Shown: positions 61,445 through 64,000 of the stretch, piece after piece
How positions within the stretch are numbered: position 1 is the first letter of the stretch
Layout of the letters: every line of letters begins with the position of its first letter
NCBI GenBank assembly: GCA_963845065.1
Contig: CAWJQQ010000009.1
Coordinates: 224,001 to 288,000 of the forward strand
DNA from: Nitrospirota bacterium
GTDB lineage: Bacteria > Nitrospirota > UBA9217
DNA length: 64,000 bases
Direction: 5' to 3'
Notes under the pieces: generated by a model
Seen by the model: only the letters and a program-made list of their open reading frames with translations
What the model was told of the DNA's origin: nothing
Database searches by the model: none
Program-made: the position numbers and the translations under genes

Positions 61445-62147
61445 ATGGCCGCTCCTCTGTGCACATTGTTGACGGCAGGCGTACTCAAGTTAACATTGTA
61501 AGGTGTGTCGAAGAAACGGCCAGGTGGGCGCAGCGGAGACAGAGGCAGCGTCAGCACCTTCCCCCCCGAATCCTGTTTCTTGCTATTTTTGCCAATAGTG
61601 TGACTTGTACTCATTAAGGGGGGCTAATCGCAAGTATAGGACATTATACGTTCAAGTCAAGGCAAAACCTTGTTTTAACAGCGCCTGCTTTTTGTTATTC
61701 TCTTATATAGAGATGATCTGCAACTGCCGATACTGATTCGTTCTAACCTTGAACGCTTTTTCTGCATAATGATTTATTATCACTTATCAATATATAGTTC
61801 AAGTTAAGATTATGTTACTAACCCAGTTCTCTTGGAGTAAAAACATAAAGTTATGTTGCCAGGTAGCCGGTGTTGGAATCAACAATTCCTAGCCATAGAG
61901 AAATGCACACCGGCGAGGAAAGTCGCGAATGATTAAGTTATATATGCGAATTTGACTCGTAGATTGAGAAGACAGCTGTGAGCAGAGAACGATGGTGCTT
62001 TCATAGGGAAAAATAATCTTATGCCTCAAAAAGCAGCGGTTAAACGCCTTGAGAATGAATTGGATGACGTCGACATCATTCGGGATTCAAAACCGGAACT
62101 AGCCCCCCCTAGTAAAAACAGTATGGAAAGTAATTTATTATAATACT

Positions 62148-63636
62148 GAGCCTCTTGCAAAAGTCTCTTTAAAATTGTCCGATCTTATTCAGTCCGTGTT
62201 TTCAACGAAAATCCGTAGGAAATCATTGTCAACTTGCATCAAAATACAGCATAATGCGCGTGCAGCCATGTATTTTTTAGTGTGTAGGCGTAGTTCTCCG
62301 CGCAATGCTGCAAATTTTCACTACATTGCCTAGTCTATGTCGCCATTTTCATCAACTGATCAGCGAACAATGCGATGATTCCAAACATAAGGTGGAGCTT
62401 TACTTTTCCAGCGCCACGAACCATCACCGTCTCGCCGCCGAAGTCGCACTTTAATCTGCTGTTCGTACGCTCCGCTACCGTACGTTCGTTGTATCGTTTC
62501 GCTTCCGCAGGCGCAAGCGGGATCGCCTGTCCACGACGTGGATTCGGATCAATGATTGGGACATGGCCTAGTATTCTACTCATCTGATGAATCTGATGCG
62601 CGTCATAGGCGGAATCCATTAGGTCATACAAATAGGTCACCTTTTCACTCGTCATTTTCATCAAGGGAATCGCAACCTGGCTGTCATGCAATGACGCCGA
62701 GGTGAGCACGGTGCTGATCGGAAACCCGTTGTCGTTCGTATCCACATGTAGCTTGTAACCGATCCACGTCTCTTTGTATCCCTGGGCATTCTTCTTGGCC
62801 CCAACGGTGCAAACGGCCGGCAGTTCTCCGATAGCCGCAGATGCTGTTTGTCCAACCTGTCGGTCCAGACGCCTCTCTTTTTTATTCCTGACCTCACCTT
62901 TTTTCGGACGTCCTTTGGGTTTCGGCTTCTGCGCTACCGTTTTTTCTTTTACCTTCATTTTGACCGGCTTCTCATTTCCCTTGATCGCTGTCGAGTCACG
63001 CGACACATGGCCGATCAACTGATCCGACAAGTGTAACGTTACCATAGCATTGAGCACTCGATCGCCAAGCTCACTTGCAGAATATTCCGCAAAGGCGCGG
63101 GAAAACGTCGCCTCCGACGGTAGCGTGCTCTCCTGCACTCGTTCTACGATTAACTCCCCGTTCTCTCGCCGCGCCTTCTTAACCGTCCTGAACCCTCTCC
63201 CGCTGAATCCGCAGATACCACGCAGATTCGGCATCGTATCCAAGCCTTCCATCAGCGCCCGCGTCGTAGGAAACCTATAAACCGCCTTTGCTACAAATGC
63301 CCGCGCAATCGCGTAACGATCAACCAATTTCCGACCCATCCACTGCAACTCTGGGGTCTTTACATAATCTTCTACCTGGAGAATCTCGAGAATGGTTATA
63401 AGGCGTTTCTGTTTGTCCGTCATCGGATCAGAAAAATATGTCTGCAGAATCGGGAATAAATCTACCTGTACTTTAGCCTTTAACCATGATATAGTTTCTT
63501 TCAGCGGATTCATCGGCTCTCCTTTTGTTTGGTTTCGTTGGCAAACAAATCATACCAGAAGGAGAGCTTCTTTACCTCAAAAAACCCATCATTTCTACAA
63601 AAAAATCGCTTACTTCATAACTTTTGCAAGAGGCTC
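62148..63636 (-). mobile_element. DDE insertion sequence (IS1182/IS5-like), 1489 bp
   Basis: Perfect 17-bp IRs GAGCCTCTTGCAAAAGT (62148-62164 / 63620-63636) and 4-bp TACT target duplication (62144-47, 63637-40). Confidence 0.92.
62335..63513 (-). CDS. DDE transposase
   Basis: PSEATFSR, DSTAI, GYKLH, HDSQ, DSAYD, R..AER.NSRLK. Confidence 0.92.
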   Translation of the reverse strand: MNPLKETISWLKAKVQVDLFPILQTYFSDPMTDKQKRLITILEILQVEDYVKTPELQWMGRKLVDRYAIARAFVAKAVYRFPTTRALMEGLDTMPNLRGICGFSGRGFRTVKKARRENGELIVERVQESTLPSEATFSRAFAEYSASELGDRVLNAMVTLHLSDQLIGHVSRDSTAIKGNEKPVKMKVKEKTVAQKPKPKGRPKKGEVRNKKERRLDRQVGQTASAAIGELPAVCTVGAKKNAQGYKETWIGYKLHVDTNDNGFPISTVLTSASLHDSQVAIPLMKMTSEKVTYLYDLMDSAYDAHQIHQMSRILGHVPIIDPNPRRGQAIPLAPAEAKRYNERTVAERTNSRLKCDFGGETVMVRGAGKVKLHLMFGIIALFADQLMKMAT

Positions 63637-64000
63637 TACTGTTAAAATATTCAGTTTGTAATACTTTTTAATTATTGACGCCCATATGACCTATGCTCTA
63701 TCCTTAATATTAGACCTACCTAATTCTCATCCACCTTCCAGTGCCGTGGGGGGATATTATCGCACAGACGTATACGTGCAAGTTCTGGCGCTGCAGGTTG
63801 TTTCTTGCCTTCATGAAGTCTAAGATCTCATGCCACACATAAGTTGCGGTATTAATTTGTCCGTGATCGACTATGAGAGCGTCAGACGATAATATTGATT
63901 CAAGTACATTTGATTGCAGGATGTTTCTTTGAAGTGTGGACGGGATTCTAATGAATGACCCTCCAAAGATGGGGGAATAATCTATCATGAGGGACGACCA

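Noticed and set aside
61500..61585. Possible riboswitch upstream of the REC-PilZ gene
   Set aside because: A pairing AAGAAAC..GTTTCTT is visible, but I could not match c-di-GMP or other riboswitch consensus motifs.
63716..63988. 90-aa ORF at the window edge
   Set aside because: No recognisable motif, so coding status cannot be supported.

Overview
A 64-kb accessory-type chromosomal region from an anaerobic or microaerophilic diderm bacterium. The gene content and style suggest Nitrospirota or a deltaproteobacterium, which is an inference. No rRNA, tRNA or CRISPR array was seen. Intact genes include LysR, DoxX, patatin, MgtC, two PAS hybrid kinases, an L,D-transpeptidase with MepK, a radical SAM protein, a CusCBA-type efflux operon with an adjacent NtrC-family two-component system, leuA-yedA-aminotransferase, hcp, degP and mgsA. 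The mobile DNA comprises three near-identical TnpB-only IS200/IS605 elements (TTAC target, TCAG right end), two tiny non-autonomous IS605 derivatives, a DDE IS with 17-bp IRs and a TACT duplication, and a 5' fragment of a group IIC intron. Many pseudogenes are present. The most intriguing uncharacterised modules are: (1) a tandem pair of ultra-short PEP-CTERM proteins with a variable 16-22 aa displayed peptide; (2) a duplicated sigma54-driven pair of glycine-rich membrane proteins; (3) a signal-anchored uORF ending in the ribosome-arrest motif RAPP; (4) a sigma28 operon of two FlgM-motif small proteins; (5) a P-II-like gene in the copper operon that is visible only after removing a TnpB element in silico. 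All product calls come from motif recognition by eye; no searches were run.
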